DNA of 64,000 bases from Atractiella rhizophila (Eukaryota). The stretch is from assembly GCA_021432655.1 (NCBI GenBank), contig MU271269.1:1-64000 (forward strand), read 5' to 3'. Positions 63,534 through 64,000 of the stretch are shown here, in pieces; the first letter of the stretch is position 1, and every line of letters begins with the position of its first letter. Below the pieces are notes generated by a model. It was not told where the DNA came from, made no database searches, and worked only from the letters and a program-made list of their open reading frames with translations. The position numbers and the translations under genes are program-made.

Positions 63534-64000
63534 GGTCGTGACGCAAAGATAAAGCTTTCAAAGAGAAGCTTTGGCTTTTATTAGCTGAGTCTCCTTGCCT
63601 CCTGGTGTTCTATTGCAAAATTTTTGGTCAGGCGTCTTCACCCCTTAGGGGTAGCACGTGACTTCTACAATTTCGCGAAGACGCGTGTACTGGCTCAGTT
63701 CTTGCTCGCATACTGTGCCTGAAAAGGGCTGGTCAAACGTTGCTTCATTTCGTCGTATACTCGTCGTACAGCATCAGACCCCTTTATATGCAAAATACAT
63801 CCAACCTCTCCAACTTTCCAATCACGAGTGGTTCAGTAAACATAACGGACTTTGATTTGCGACGTTAGTATTAGCAAATGAAGATGGTGATTACTCACAA
63901 TCGGGGTTCTCCCTATCGGTCAAATCATCAAAAGCCATTTTGTGTCCAATTCGCTCATCCTTGTCCTCTCCACTAGTTTTCGTCAACGTCTTGGCTTGAT

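Noticed and set aside
1..64000. CRISPR arrays, rRNA or tRNA genes
   Set aside because: No regularly spaced repeat-spacer array or recognisable structural RNA gene seen; eukaryotic context. A covariance-model scan was not possible.

Overview
Intron-rich fungal genomic DNA. Short (~50-65 nt) introns, eEF3 and a Zn2Cys6 factor indicate a fungus; a basidiomycete, possibly Pucciniomycotina, is my inference. There is one assembly gap (3312-3952). Conserved genes: coatomer alpha (3' part), Pkh/PDK1 kinase, SRP19, an SDR, eEF3, a CAMK-like kinase, a bZIP factor, rhodanese, a DUF2985-like membrane protein, a Zn2Cys6 TF, agmatinase, an F-box-like protein, a Hos2-like HDAC, tubulin cofactor A, Med11 and Utp6. 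Most notable non-routine features: (1) a tail-to-tail pair of diverged full-length paralogs (~18.3-20.5 kb +, ~21.7-24.4 kb -) sharing intron positions and an apparent MLKL-like helical N-terminus plus SH3-like and PH-like C-terminus, with no kinase; (2) a decayed multi-exon P-element-like transposase (53.1-59.2 kb) and a separate 2151-bp element with 38-bp TIRs and a 7-bp TSD; (3) an 81-aa, 10-Cys secreted peptide visible only after splicing; (4) a probable GG-AG intron; (5) two ~1.5-1.7 kb tandem duplications that may be haplotype assembly artefacts. Exon structures were traced by eye and family assignments rest on motif recognition, not database searches.
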